This document shows positions 26,102 to 40,889 of a DNA stretch of 64,000 nucleotides, piece after piece. This DNA is from Octopus vulgaris (lineage: Eukaryota). Location: NCBI GenBank assembly GCA_951406725.2, contig OX597826.1:31248001-31312000 (forward strand), in the 5' to 3' direction. Numbering within the stretch: the first letter of the stretch is position 1; every line of letters starts with the position of its first letter. The notes under the pieces were generated by a model. The model saw nothing but the letters and a program-made list of their open reading frames with translations, did no database searches and was not told the DNA's origin. The position numbers and the translations under genes were made by a program.

Positions 26102-29100
26102 CTGAAGAAAAAAAATGCAAAAATGCCAAAAGAAAGAGAATCAAATAACAAAATGAATATAATTAAAAACAGTATCATAGGTAGAAAGAGAATTGGAGCA
26201 AAAAAAAAAAAAATCTTCCAATTTTAAAGTGATCATATTTTAAAACTTTCTATCTTAATTTTATGCAAGAATCTTTTTAAGTTATGTTCCAAATAGCCAT
26301 ATTCATAATGAAATAATTTATTTTACGAAATCTTTACTGTACATATTTCAAAAGAAATTTGGTCAGAAAACGGTTAAGCCAAACAGTTTTAGACAACATT
26401 TCACTGGACTTCAAACATAATCAGAACATTTAAATGGCTTTCAATATCACAATGAGCTTCAATTAATTATTTACACATTGTGAAAATCTTTATATTTCAT
26501 TTTCATTTTTAAATACTAAATTTATTGCCAGTTTGAAAGAAAATGATACAAGAATAAATTTCAACTAATGACCGTCTAACTTCAAAGAAGATTATTAGAA
26601 ATTATAATTCATTTGTACTTCATTCTTGGCAACAATTAATTAACATTTAATCATTGCTACCAGCCAACAAACTAAAACCTCAACCAATAAAGTCTTAATA
26701 CAAAAAAACAATTCATAAATTGTATTTAAGTTTGGATAAACAATGAAGATGTAATTGATTTCAGAGCAGAGAACACATACGTTAATATATAAACCATTAG
26801 GCAAACCTGCAGCCTTAAAGTGTTGACTAAAAGAGAAATTGTATGAATGCGGTTGGAAGAAAAATGGTTTGAGGGGGAAGCGGAACTAAAGTAAAGATAA
26901 TAGTAAAAGACACACATTCAAGCTGAAAGATGAGAGAAACAGCAAAAGTACATCAAGGCAGCTTCCCTTAAAATATAAAAAATGTAATATGGTTAATACT
27001 AAATAACAAAGAAATTAATGTTGATACACAAACCTCAGGTTTAAAAAAAAAATGAAAGGAAAAAAACACAAGGAATGAATATGGGATATTCATGCCTCTC
27101 CAAAAAAAATACCATGTGGAGGAAGGCAAAATTGCTGTAATTGGGAAATCAATGTTACAAGTCTAGTTCACCCAAAGCAAGCATGTAATTTGTAGAGCAG
27201 AGAAAGAAATGAATCTCGAAACACTCAGAGGTACAGAGGTTGCAATGCTTGCCTGATCTTGGTTTAACAAAAAATACATATATTCTAATTATCTATCCTT
27301 TCACTAATGGCCCTAATTAACACTTTAATTGGCATCAACTACATTACCTTGCAGCTTTAGTTGCTTTGCTTCCCTCTACTTCAATCATCATCATCACCAC
27401 AACCACCATCACTTTACATTTGATTTCAATGCTGGCATCAGCTGGATGCAACAACACAATTCAAACAAGTTCATAATGTGAAGCTTTAGTTTGGCTTGGG
27501 TCCTCCACCTGGATGCTCTTCCTATTAACAACCACTTTAAGCATACTGAATGCAAATCCTCATGGGAGCAGCTTGACCAAGATTCTCGTGTCCTTGACGA
27601 ATGCTACAATGTCTCTTCTTTGCCAACCACTTTACAGAATGTAGTGGTACCAGACCAATGTTCCTTACAAACAATTCACACCTACTGGGTCAGTATGGGG
27701 AGGTGGTTAAGGAGTTTGTTTTGCAACAATGAGGTTCTGGTTTCAATTCCAATAAGCAGCAACTTGAGAAAGTGTCTTCAATCACAGTTGACCAATACAA
27801 AGAAAGCCAAACAATCTTCTCTGAAGGAATAAGCTATTAAAAGGTGAAACTTAGAAGTCCCAATCAAACAAATATCATCAATGAATATTACTTTACTAAA
27901 TGTATAGAGACCCACCATCAGTAAATATTTTTCAATATGTTAATCAACAATACCAAATAACACATGAACGCACGCACATACATACATACACACGTGCACA
28001 CACACACACACACACACACACACTAATGTTTGTTTTCATATCAAATTGTATATAAATATCTAACATTTAACTGAAAGATAACTGAATATATTTTTTACCC
28101 AAGTACATATTTATTAATTTTTACAAAGAAAAGGTTGACTGTGACTTCAAAGCTTTGGTTAGCTCAACTTCATCATATATAAAGGTTCCAAAGGTGTTCT
28201 GTCTCTATGATTTTTCCAACTTCGTAAGTTTAAATATTTTTAATATATTAGAGTAGTTTTTTTTTTTTTTTAAATCATCTGTGTGTATGTGTGTGCAGTC
28301 TATGCAAATACCAGACAATGAAACTAATTTATATAAATATTGTTCTTATAACAATAAAATGTCACAATAAACAATTAACTTATTTGTTGTAAAAGGGAAA
28401 AAAAATTGTGATATTGATAGGAATAAACTGAAAAGGTAAAACAGTAGTTCAAATATACAAAATTTTACATTAAAAAAATTCCAAAATACATATACATTTA
28501 CAAAAATTAAAAATATCCAAACGTGTGTGTGTGTGTGTGTGTGTACTCTGAGACAAGAACCAACATTCCTATGTGACAGGTTTGAAAATTGTAAAGAGAT
28601 CTTCTTTACATGAAACTGTTGGTAACCCAGAAAAGCTATACAAACAATGAAAGCAAAAGAATTTGCATAGACTATAAAATTTTATTCCTATCTAGGTGTA
28701 CGTATACTCCACCTTAAGTATTTGACAAAAATCAACTGCAAAGTTTATTAAGGTGTGTCAATGCTCTAACAAAAAAGTATAATGAATATCTATGGCACAA
28801 CGACAATTTTATAAACATCAGGGTCTGGATTAAAAGCATGTGGATATTTGGCAAGTCTTATTAACAACAAACAGATGTATATTTGTAGATGATGTGCGCA
28901 ATATAGCTGTGTGTGTATATATATACACATACATACGCATGATACACACAGAGTGCAGCAAAAAAAAGAAAGTTCCTGCATTTCATAGGTTGACAAACGT
29001 TTCAACTGTAAATACACAATGTGCAGTGGCCCAAACTATAGTGGTGACTGTCGAAAGAAAATGGTAAAGCGTTGGCTATATGACAACACCATTAGCATCA

Positions 29101-30560
29101 ACCTAACTTCACTAGTGCCATACCAAAGAGCAGGTAAAGTAAGGGAGGTTTTTCTGCTGCATCTTGTGTGTATTTTGTGCATATATATATATATATATAT
29201 ATAAGAAGCAGATGACGTGGTTTAACAAAACAAAAATAAAACTAATAAACCAAAACTTACAAGTTTCGAGACAAAATAATGAGAATATAAAAACTGTGAA
29301 TACAAAAATGAAATTAAAAAATATACGGGTGAAGAAAACAAACGCAAAGAATAAATAAAATATTTTTAAAGCTTTGAAATAAAAAAGTAGAAATACTAAG
29401 TGAAAAATTTTAAAAAACAAAAACTATGAAGAATATATTTAGAATATAAAATAAATGTTTAAATATAAAAAGAAATGTTTGATAATGCATTTCTGTCGAA
29501 AACAAATATTAGAGCAATATAAATAAAAATTAAGATTTTTTTTTTCTACCATAAATATTCTTATAAAAATTGTAACTAAATTAAAGAGAGAATAAATAAT
29601 TTGAAGATGGCATTGCAGTAAGAAACATTAAGAAATTAGTGTTAAGATATTTGATGATATTAAGAATTAAATCGCTAATTAAAGATATGCAGGTGGTGTT
29701 GGAGGGAGGGAGAGAGAAAAAGAGAAAAAGCAACAGACAAACTGAGACAGACATAAATATAGTGACAGACAGACAGTATGTATGTGTATGAATGAATGAA
29801 AACAGTTTGATTCAAATTCGTTGGTACTCCAAGAGTTTCAAGTGTGATGATCATCAATATGGCTGAAGATTAGCATCATGTTTGAAACTCTCAGAGTACC
29901 AACGAATTTGAATCAAACTGTTTTGATATGTGTGTGTGTGTAGGTTGGTAACAGGAAGAGCATCCAGTTGCAGAATAGCTGTCTCAATGAATTCTGTGTA
30001 ACCATGGAAAGTGGACATTAAAATAATGATGATGACATATGTATACATGTGAAAGGCATCCACTGTCAACCAGTTTCACTCAAAAGGCATTGGTCAATAA
30101 TGCAAGGTAATAGAAGGCACCAGCTTAAGAAGCTGTACAGAGTGACTGAACCTAAGACCGCATGATTGCAAAGCAGACTTCTTAAACACACAGCCATATC
30201 CTATGTCCTTGCCATGTCAGAAGCTTCCAAAGTTCCACTAGGACTTATTCTATCAACCCTCAAAAGGATGGAAGACAAAGTCAAATTCAGCTGGATTTGA
30301 ACTCAGAATGTAGAAAAGGATGAAATGCTGCTAAGCATTTCGTCCGCCGTGCTTACAAATAATGAACAGTGGTTTCAAATTTTGGTAAAAAGGCCAGCAA
30401 TTTCATATTTTATAGACTCCAAAAGAATAAAAGGTAAAGTCGGCCCCAGCAGCATTTCAACTTGGAACATAGTCAGAAGAAATGCCATTAAGCATTTTTT
30501 CAGAGTGGTAAAGATTCTGCCAGCTCACCACCTTACAAAAAATGACAATTTTTTAAAATT

Positions 30561-31699
30561 TACCTTATATATTTGTGTAAAAGTCAAATTTTTTAGACCA
30601 TTTTTTAAGGTCAAATTTATGGGGTTGACTATTACATGGATACTACTTTTGAGGAGCTGAAATTCAAGCTAGAATCCAAAGTACCGTATCAGCAGCAGAA
30701 GCCCAACTGACCTCTAAGCAAATAAAAACAAAAAAACACAATGAATTATAGTAATATTACCGATTCTATGCATCAAAACACACATCCAAGTAAACAAGAA
30801 AACCCATAAACAAGACCATGTAACTCTAATGTGCAGTTACCAGTAAATGTCCATAATATGGTGTAGAGTTGTTAATCTGGAGTACAGATTCCCAAAGTGT
30901 GCTCTGCAAAACCCTAGCATTCCCTGAAAGTTATCAGGAGTTCTATGTTTTTAAAAATAATGTGGAAGGACTGACTTCACAACAGAAAAAGTTTGGGAAC
31001 CACTGATCTAGCGATTAATTAAACGATTTTAGGCTTACCAATGTCATGCCTCTGTACGAATGCATGCAGTGCTGTTTGCTGATCATGCTGTCCGTGAAAC
31101 ACTTTTCTCACCATGTAAACAGACAAGCGTATGACATATGTGTTTAATGTATTTGGCGATGAGGGAAATATAAAGGTCGCATGGGAACCACTGATCTAAC
31201 AACCAATTGAATGTTTTTAGGCTTACCAATGTCAGGCTTTTGCACAAATTCAAACAGTGGTGTTTGCCAATAGTGCTGTCTGTGAAACGCTTCTCACCAG
31301 GTAAACGAGTGCATGACACATGTGTTTATTGTGTTTGAAGATGAATGCAGGCTTGCAGTATATCCTGTGCATACATTTTATTAAGGGTGACATAACACCC
31401 ATTAATAGCTGTGTAATGCTCACTATTAAATGGTGTTTTACTACAAGCACCAAGAATGCCTTTATAAGCACAAAGCATTCCCCCTATAGGGCAGGCTACA
31501 GTAAGGTAGCCACACAATTTTGTAACAGTGTTATTTCTACATGCAGGATAATACGGTACCTTGGCCCACAAATGTCCTGTTGTTTGTGAAATAGTAGGGT
31601 CAACTTTTATACAGGATCTATGGGAAATTCCCAATTTTTCGGCCAAAAATAAGGGTCGACTTTTATATGAGATCAACTATTATTCGAGTATACACTGTA
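30561..31699. mobile_element. Old pogo/Tigger-like non-autonomous DNA element with internal ~188-bp tandem duplication
   Basis: Ends TACCTTATATATTTGTGTAAAAGTC and GACTTTTATATGAG...TCGAGTATACACTGTA. Internal repeat units start GGGAACCACTGATCTA at about 30995 and 31183. Confidence 0.5.
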
Positions 31700-32200
31700 A
31701 CTCTTTTGACACCAATCTGCAAGAGAATACTTCAGGTTCTGTGATTAGAAGTCTCTCACTTTAAAAGTGCTAATTAAATATTTTAATTCAAATCTTCCAT
31801 CATAAATTATTGTAAGAATCTTTTGTTCGGCTATACACTAAACCCCATCTTAATGATTCTTTCAAATTTTGACATAAGACCGGCAATGTTGAGGAGGAGG
31901 AAATTGATTAGAATTGACCCCAGTGCTTCACTGGTACTTATTTTATCAACCCCAAAAAGATGAAAGGCAAAATTGACTGTAGCAGCATTTAAACTGAGAA
32001 TGCAAACAGCTGGAAGAAAAAACACCATCTTAATAATAAAAAAGTTAATTATTACATTAAATCCACACAAATTCTTGATCATTTTTTAAATTAATTGAAA
32101 TAAGATAATGAAAAGGTTAAAACAAAAAGAAGAGTGACTGTATTATTACTACATCAATGTAAAAATAATATAAAAACATTTGTTATTATGGTTTACTGAC

Positions 32201-32408
32201 CTCAAATGACCTTTCATTCTTCACAGCCCATATACAAATGCCGATAGAGACAACTGACATGAATATGAGAGGAATAAAAACAAGGATCCACGAGTGTGTT
32301 TTGTTCTCCAAGTTGTCACAAGCAAGAATCTCAAACATCAGCAGAAGTAAATGCATCCCTGTACAGATGACCATAGCTTTATACTGGACATAGCCATCAC
32401 CTTCAACT
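32201..32408 (-). CDS. TMEM185: TMEM185 coding exon 3
   Basis: ttgtag|A GTT GAA ... TTT GAG|gtcagt. 208 nt, encoding VEGDGYVQYKAMVICTGMHLLLLMFEILACDNLE...WAVKNERSFE. Confidence 0.96.
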
Positions 32409-32509
32409 CTACAATGAAACAAAGAAAACAGTTAAAAATCACTCAGATGGTGACATTTCTGCAAATCAAAACAAGTTCTTCTTATTCTTTTTACTGTATT
32501 TTCCAGCAT

Positions 32510-32810
32510 GTGAAGGTACATGGCCTAGCAGTTAGGCTGTTGCATTCATGATCACTAGATTGTAAGTTCAATTCCCAGACTAAGCAGCAGATTGTGTTCT
32601 TGAGCAAAGCTCTTCATTTCATGATGCTCCAGTCCACTCAGCTGTAAATGGGTACATCCTGCAACAGATTAGACCCCTGATCAGGGGTCAAATTGGCTTA
32701 CTCACCTAGCCAGTGGGGAAGCATCATTCGAAAGGTAAAATGATGCAAAGTGCATTGTGGCCAGCGATGTATAACAACATCCAATAGTCTGGTCAATCAT
32801 GTGATCACAT
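32510..32810 (+). mobile_element. tRNA-derived SINE, third family
   Basis: Head TGGCCTAGCAGTTAGG...GTTCAATTCC followed by GTGTTCTTGAGCAA. Related copies near 15-190(+), 4500-4755(-), 24700-24930(-), 35580-35910(-) and 57900-58115(-). Confidence 0.65.
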
Positions 32811-33914
32811 GATTTTCTGGCATACAAATTGAATTGTTCAGACCAAAATTTATAACCAAAAAAGACAGAGCAACTTATACAGCAAGACAACTTTGGACCA
32901 AAATTTCCATGCAAAATGCAGCAGCAGGATTTGGAAAGAAAACGATAATGTTTCAATGTTTACTCTATATACTATGATGACTTGTATGCCAGAAAATACA
33001 GTAAAATTCATGTCACTCAAGCTCAGGTCCATTCTATAAACTTGTTCCTTGCCCTCATATTCTAACCCGGTTGTGTCTTAACTCCAAGATAACCTCTTCC
33101 ATTATTTGTTGCAACGACAGTTTTTATAAATGCTACCCTTCCTGCTATTAACTGCAACTAAACCATTAAGTGGAACTTGTTTTTCTTCAGCCAAGCAAAA
33201 CGAAACAAACGGAGTTATGTAACTTGTATTACGATGGATGGACACATCATCACACACAATCCTACCTCCCCAGAATATCATCCCAAAAGAACTCCCATGT
33301 TGCCCATGTTCTACTTAGAGATATTTAAGCTGAACACAAACTGCATTTTTATCACCAGACTTCGAAGACCTGCAAATATCATAAGCATTATCTTTTCCTC
33401 CAAACTAAACCAGAGAAAAACTTTTCAAGAAGTTACAAATATCAAATCAAAATTAGCAGCAGATTTAAAACATACAAAAATTAAGTGAACTTTGCACTGA
33501 GATTAAAATATGAGCTAAAGAACTGAAGCTGTGGGACTTCAACCCAGTTGGGGGTTTCATCAGTTTTTATCTAGACAAGATCATGTGCTGTCATCAAATT
33601 CTATACAAACAAGTCTCTAATAATGAGCTACCAAAGAGACTGTTTAGAGAAGAGAAATGGTAAGGAAAGAATTAACAGTACAGAATTAATGAAACATGGT
33701 GAGGAAGAGGGTGACAAGGAAGCACAAGGGTTAAAAAGAGAAATGTTTCTGATTTTTGTATTGGTTGAAAGACAGTGAAATGAATTAAGCATAGGATCCA
33801 GAGTGAGAAATAGGAATCCCTAGAGGAAGAAACAAGCCAAAAAAAGAGTCTTTAGTGGTCACATGACCTATTAGAAATACTAACAAGATCTCCTCAAGTC
33901 AAACCCTACCATAT

Positions 33915-34284
33915 TCTGAGCGCCTTGTTTCCCTGGGCATGGATTCACTGAAGCTCCGGCGTCTGGCGACGGACTTGGTAAACGCCCACAAAGTTGTCAA
34001 CCACCTCACCAATAACAACACTGAACACCTTTTTGATCTCCATGTGTCTAACACACGTGGACATGCCTACAAAGTCAGAAAACAACACAGCTCCCATGAC
34101 TTTCAGAAACATTTCTTCAAGCTCAGAGTTGCTGAAGCATGGAATATACTGCCTGCGTCAGTTGTTGACTGCCATGACACTGCATCCTTTAAGGCCCTCA
34201 TGCTTTCCGAAATCCGTCGAAACTACACCTGATTATATATGCACTTTAGATGAGTTGTAGTGCACCTGAGCACTGTACACAATG

Positions 34285-34317
<33 letters not shown>
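33915..34317 (+). mobile_element. CR1-clade LINE 3' fragment
   Basis: ORF 33939-34232 contains LRRL..DL, TRGHAYK and HFFKLRVAEAWNILP (CR1 ORF2 C-terminus), followed by an (ATT)n tail. Confidence 0.85.
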
Positions 34318-34318
<1 letters not shown>

Positions 34319-35063
34319 GTTCAATAAGGACAGCACATTAGATAACATAGTCCCTTGAGATGATCACAGCTGCAACATCTTTGATGATATATCAGCTCAG
34401 TTAGGTCTGGATCATCAACAACATGAGGGAAAAAGTTCTATAGAAATGCAGTTCTGAGAAAGTTGAAAAAGGAAGCAAGCCACGATGACGTGAAGTCACA
34501 AATAGTACAAGAGAAAGAATCTTTTTTTTTTCACTTTTTGGTTCCTTTCAAACACTACCATTCATTTCTTCAGGTTTGCATTAAGTATAATGGATTGCTG
34601 CGTTTGTTGGCACAATTGTTTTCAAAAATTTAGTTGTCGTCCTTACTGCTGCTCACAACAATAAGGTCAAGTAAAACCTGTTTTTATCAAGACCAGCAAA
34701 CTGGAACAAGCAGAGTTATGTACCTTGCTCAGAGACAGACACAGACGGATGTATATAAGTGCACGCGCACACACACAAGTTGTAGAGAATGTTACCATGT
34801 GCACCTAACTCATACATACATACATACATACAGACAGACAGACAGGCAGGCAGGCAAAGGGGGAGAGGGAGAGAGAGAGAGAGATAAAGAGTGTGAGAGA
34901 GAGAGAGAGATGAAGAGTGAGAGAGAGAGAAAGAGATGAAGAGAGAGATGAAGAGAGAGAGAGATGAATAGAGAGAGAGAGAGAGAAATAGACAAACACA
35001 GAGAATACAGAGTGTCATAAAAAAAACAAAAGAAGGTGGGCAAGTTGCTGTCGTCTGCACTCA

Positions 35064-35339
<276 letters not shown>

Positions 35340-36018
35340 TTAACTTTTGTTTTCCCCACACAGCTCTCTCTCTCTCTCTCTCTCCCATACAAAAATCCAA
35401 AGATGGCAGAGGAGAGAAGACATAGCAATGGCTTCTTCTTACCTTTCTGCTACTTATTCAGTTTACTCTGCAAGTCTCACACTCTCCCATGTTTACCCAT
35501 GAAGCGCAGAACCTGTTTAACCATTGGGCAAGACAACCAATTCATGTGACATCAAGACCTGTGTGTTACCTGTTTAAAGGCCAACCTTCCTCTGAGCCCT
35601 GTAAATTGGCAATCCATCAGTTACGAGGGTTCCAGTTGATCCAATCAACAGAACAGCTTCTAAGTGTAAGTGGTTGAGCACTCCACAGACACGTGTACCC
35701 TTAACATAGTCCATAGGGAGATTCAGACTGACACAGGATGTGACAAGGCAGGCCCTTTGAATTACAGGTACAATTCATTTTCTCCAGCTGAGTGGACTGG
35801 AGCAACGCGAAATGAAGTGCCTTGCCCAAGGACAGAACATGCCACCAGGAATTGAACTTGTGACCTTACAACCATGAGCTGAATACCCCTAATTACTAAG
35901 CCATGTGCCTGTGCACCTTAGCCAAAGGATCATCTACCATTTGATTCATAACTGGGGTCCCTAAACAAGTATTACCACCATTGAATTCAGTTTGGTATCT
36001 CATCCAGATCATCATACT

Positions 36019-36249
36019 TATTTCTTTACTACCAACAAGGGGCTAAACACAGAGGGGACAAACAAGGACAGACAAACAGATTAAGTCGATTATATCGACC
36101 CCAGTGCGTAACTGGTTCTTATTTAATCGACCCCAAGAGGATGAAAGGCAAAGTCGACCTCGGCAGAATTTGAACTCAGAACGTAAAGGCAGACGAAATA
36201 CCGCTAAGCATTTCACCCGGCATGCTAACGATTCTGCCAGCTCGCCGCC
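36019..36249 (-). mobile_element. Young full-length family B SINE with 13-bp TSD
   Basis: Head GGCGGCGAGCTGGCAGAATCGTTAGC with B-box-like GAGTTCAAATTC. CpGs intact. TSD AGATCATCATACT at 36006-36018 and 36250-36262. Confidence 0.9.
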
Positions 36250-36943
36250 AGATCATCATACTGCCACAGGTGAAACAAAATGACCCTGTTCAGTGTTATC
36301 CTAAAATTCTTCCCAAATTATTTTATCCAAAACCTCATCTTCTTTGCTTCTTCTGTAGACAATCTGCCAACAGCATAAAACAAAACAATCTTCCATCAAC
36401 ACTTTTTACATTTTAAATCATGCTATTAACGCTGTAACCCCTTTTACCATTGACTATGTATACTATGTAACAGCAATGGTATCATCCGAAACTCTCCCCA
36501 GACAGCATCAGCATACAGCCTCAAGTTCTCCCACTAAACCTACATACCTTTCTTAAACAAAGATGTAAAAGACACACAACATATGTGATACTTGATAATT
36601 AAATGACAGATGCTGCCAATGCACAGACACCTGTCTCTGAATGACAAATACTGTCAAAACAGACATTACAACTCTAACAAACAAATCACTGGCAATCACC
36701 TTGACCCAATTCTCTAAATACCATTTCAGAATGCCTCTGCAATTTTAATGTGCCATGTGACGCTATCCAGGAAAATCCTTCTCTCACAAACACTTTACAA
36801 TCAGTGGTTCACTATTATGCTATTATCCTTAGCCCCAGGCCAACCAAAGCCTAGTCAGTGACTTTGGTAGACAGAAACAGAAAGAAGCCCATCTCACGTG
36901 TGTGTGTGTGTCCTTCCCTTGACTTCATATGATAGTTGTAGAC

Positions 36944-37293
36944 CAGTAGTTTTCAAAAATTTTTTAAATCTATGGATCTATGGACCCTCTTTGATAACCA
37001 TTCTACTCTGGTGGACCTCCCCATAGCCATTCAATATTTATAAACTAGTTTTATAGATACTTCTTTCAAAGTTCCTATTTTGTTTTTCACACATCTTGTG
37101 CATGTTCAACTATGTATAATGCTAGAGAAAAACACCTAGCTCTTTCTTGCAGTAAATACATTTAAAGCAAAATTCTTTCATGGGTCCCTGAAATACAACT
37201 GTGGAGCTCCTATTTACTATTTTGCTTGTGTGGACTCCACCAAAATTTTATATGGACTGTCAGGAGTCTATGGACCCCAGTTGAGAACCACTG
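36944..37293. mobile_element. hAT-like MITE nested in a SINE
   Basis: CAGTAGTTTTCAA...TTGAGAACCACTG termini, imperfect 8-bp TSD TTGTAGAC/TTGTAAAT; the SINE sequence resumes afterwards. Confidence 0.65.
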
Positions 37294-40200
37294 TTGTAAA
37301 TCAATGTCGTCATCATGCAAGCAGTCTCCTTTGTTTCCAGTCTTCCATAAAAACATGTCTGGTCACCCTACTAAATTTACTGACCATGTCACCTAATTCC
37401 CATCCAAAAATCAAATGAGTTTTGAATGGGACAGGAAAAAGAAAAGGTACATGATAGTTGATGCCTGTACATATAATATATTTTATCAACCCCAGTCAGA
37501 CATGTTTTCACAGATTAGAAGCAAATGACACATGTATGACAGTTTACAACTATCATACAATGTCAAGACAAGAACACACATACACACCCCTATATATTTA
37601 TCCAGGTATGTATACTTAGTGACCTCATTAGTGCCATGCAAAAACCACTCAGTACACTCTGTAAAGTGATGTTGGTGTAAGAAAGGGCATCCAGTCAAAG
37701 AAACCATACCAACAGAGGCACTGGAGCTTGGTGCAGCCCTATAGCTCATTGGATCCTGTCAAACCATCCAACCCATGCCAGCATGGAAAACACGGAGGAG
37801 GAGGATAGACAAGCTTCTTTCAGTTTCCATCTACCAAATCCACTTACAAGGCTTTAGCCAGCCTGGAGTTATAGAAGACACTTGCCCAAGATGCCACAGT
37901 GGGGCTGAACCTAAAAGCTACGTGGTTGGGAAGCAAACTTCTTAACTATGAAACTTAATGGGTTTTCTGTCATTTCAATTAGCACTGAACTAAATGAGAA
38001 AAGCTAATTAAGATTATTACTATTTCAGGTCACCAAACTGCCACCATAGCTGTCAACTCAAACATAAATTGCATATTTGTAAAATGCTTACACAGGTCAA
38101 AAACACAACTTCATTAACCTAGAATAATTAAAATATTTATTAATGTTTAAGACAGACAACTAATTTAACCAGACACAAAGCATCATCATCACCATTCAAA
38201 GTCTATATTCCATGCTGGAATGGTTTGGATGGTTTAACAGAATCCAACAGATCCAAGAACTCCATCATGCTTCACTGTCTACTTTGGTATGGTCTCCACA
38301 CCTCACAACCAGTTCACAGAGTGTATTGGGTGGGCTTTTGGGTTTTTTTTTTTTGTGCCACTAACACCATTGAGGTTGCCATGCAGCGTGTAAGACTATG
38401 GAACCCGAGAGAGACAACTTTATGCTCAGAAATGAGAGTTTAAAATATGAGAGAAGAGGTAAGAACAGAACAAGGCTCTTGCTGTAGAGGGGTTACATAG
38501 CTGTTCACATTTTGCAAGAGGAGGCAAAAACAGCAGTGGTGATGAGGGGTCTATATGGATCTTCAAGGTACAAGCTGAGTAGAAATGAGTGGGTGGGGCG
38601 ACAAAAGAACCAAGAGTGCAGATGTTGATTGGATGGCAAGTAGGGGAGCTAGGGAAGAAGAGGGAAGAGATTGGATAAGGTGAAAGGATAGATGTAATGA
38701 ATGGTGGATAAGGGCTTGGGGTTGACTAGGGATACATGAGAGTGAAGAGTAGCAGAATAGTAATGACAATACAAGAGAAGGATGAGAGACAGACAGACAA
38801 GTGGTTGGGTAGGTAGCGAGAATGTGGGTGGGGGAGAGATGCCTAAGGAGAAACAAAATCCATCTGTTGTACTTCAATAGTAGGCATCACTCATCAAGCA
38901 GGCACATGATCAAAGACATTCCAACCATAGCCAACACAGTCTACAACTACATTATTTTATGTATCTTTTCCTTTTTTAAGATGGGTGGGTGTGATTTGGA
39001 AGAAATTTCACTACCTGCTCTAGCAAATCAAGTAATAACAGAAAAGGAACAAGGCCACAGTGAATTCACTTACATTTCTTTAAGAATGATATGAATATCA
39101 TGTTCCCATCTTAAAATCTGAGACATGGAAAAAACTAATATTATGATCAAATGTGGTTCTGGAAAAGACATTAACCCTTTTGTTACCATATTTCTGTTGA
39201 AATACCATTTTTGTTCCAATTAATTTTGAAACAAACAATTTATTAAAATAATGTTCATTATTGACCCGTCACCATACAGATTACACTGTCAAACGTAATC
39301 CTTATTTGTTCACATTGTTTGGAATTAACCATGCTTTGTCTCACAACTTCAATACCCTGATGAGTTGAGTGCTTATTTTTAGAATTAAATTGTAGGGTAG
39401 GTGTGAGAGGCAGAATCTGGCCAGTTTGAACATAAAATGAGTAGACATAAGGCTGGTTTAAGTACCAAAAGGTTAAACTGATGTTTGGAACATAAATTTG
39501 TATGGAATGTTGGAGGATTTATATTAAGATCATTTCAAAACAGGGAGTTTGTGTCACGGAACCAAGTGTAGTTTCAGGCAGGTTGGTACCAGATGGTTAA
39601 CCCTTCAGTTACCATATTTCAGTTAAAATACACTGCCTTTGTTTCAGGTAATGACAAGAGACTGAGACCTCTGGAGATATGCTGTGACTGAGAAGACCCG
39701 GCAAGTAAAGTGAGATCACAACCATAGCCTATACCAGTGTTGCATAACCAGCCCTTTTAAAAAGTAGCTTTGAATTGTCGGGCAACACACCATGCTTGAG
39801 GAGACCTATTGAGTCAAGTAAAATCAAAAATCAAATCACAATCAAAAATGGAAATTGTAGTTGTGGCTGATGCCAGTGCTGCCTGACTGGCTCTCGTGCT
39901 GGTGGCATACAAAAAGCACCATTCATGCATGGGTCGTTGCCAGTGCCGCCTGACTGGCTCTCTGTGCCGGTAGCACATAAAAAGCACCATCCATGTAAAA
40001 AGCTCCATGCTCATGTATTATGCCCCCCCGGTTATAACACATAAAGAGAGATTATCAAGTGGAAGATAGCTAAAGCAACAGAGCAACATTTTTTAAAGTA
40101 TTTAGTTACATAGTTTTATGTTGTGAGTTCAAATCATGCCAAAGTCAAATGATCCTTTCCATCATTCTGGGGTCATTAAAATATATAGCAGTCAAGTATA

Positions 40201-40504
40201 AAATTTGTTTTAATTGACTGCATTCATCCCCTGCCACTCATCATCTTTGGCTCTCTACCAAAGTTAGAATTCATAATTATTATCCTTATCATCATTGTTA
40301 CTGCTACTACTACTACAACTATGGTGATGAGTAAAGCAGAGTAATTAAAATGTCAGAAAAAATGCCATGCAACATTTGCTCCAGCTCCAAGTTCAAATCG
40401 CATGGCGGTCGACTGTTTTTCATCCTTCTAGGGTTGATAAAATAAAGTATCAATCAAGTACAAGGGTTGAGTATATCAACTACTCTTTAGTGCCTAGACC
40501 AGAA

Positions 40505-40872
40505 ATTATTACTTTCGCCTTAGCAAAGGCGAAGGTATTGTTTTCAGTTGTGTTTGTTTGTTTGTTTGTCCATGGACAAGATATCTCAAGAACCACTGGA
40601 TGGATTCGGATGAAACTTTCAGGGATGTTTGGCCTCATGACTGGCACAAACTGATTAGATTTGGGGATCGATCTGGTACTGGACAAGGATTCTGGATTAT
40701 TTTTCCTGCTTTTTTTAATTTTTGAGAGTGGCCATTTTCATTTCCAGTATTCTCGTTTGTGAGAGCAGTCGAGTTTGTTTCCGATTTCTCTTTTTAAAAA
40801 TCATCTCTGGCTAATAATTGAGAGGACACTGGTGTTGCCTTGGTGGAGGTTTGTGCTCTCTGACTCCTCTTA
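40505..40872 (+). mobile_element. Non-autonomous Helentron/DINE-1-like (HINE) element
   Basis: 5' hairpin TTCGCCTT-AGC-AAAGGCGAA, internal (GTTT)n, 3' subterminal inverted repeat CCTTGGTGGAG plus a short terminal hairpin, ends in T-rich flanks. A second, split copy lies at 17520-17695 and 18325-18545. Confidence 0.6.
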
Positions 40873-40889
40873 TTATTATTATTATTTAA

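Noticed and set aside
28790-28860. Possible alternative terminal exon (LAKYPHAFNPDPDVYKIVVVP*) in intron 3 with downstream AATAAA
   Set aside because: Weak AAG acceptor, phase does not match exon 3, and no homology.
29068-29130. Minus-strand UAUGGCACUAG resembling the miR-183/96/263 seed in a weak hairpin
   Set aside because: Pairing beyond about 7 bp is poor with large bulges, and the 3' part does not match the family. Small-RNA reads would be needed.
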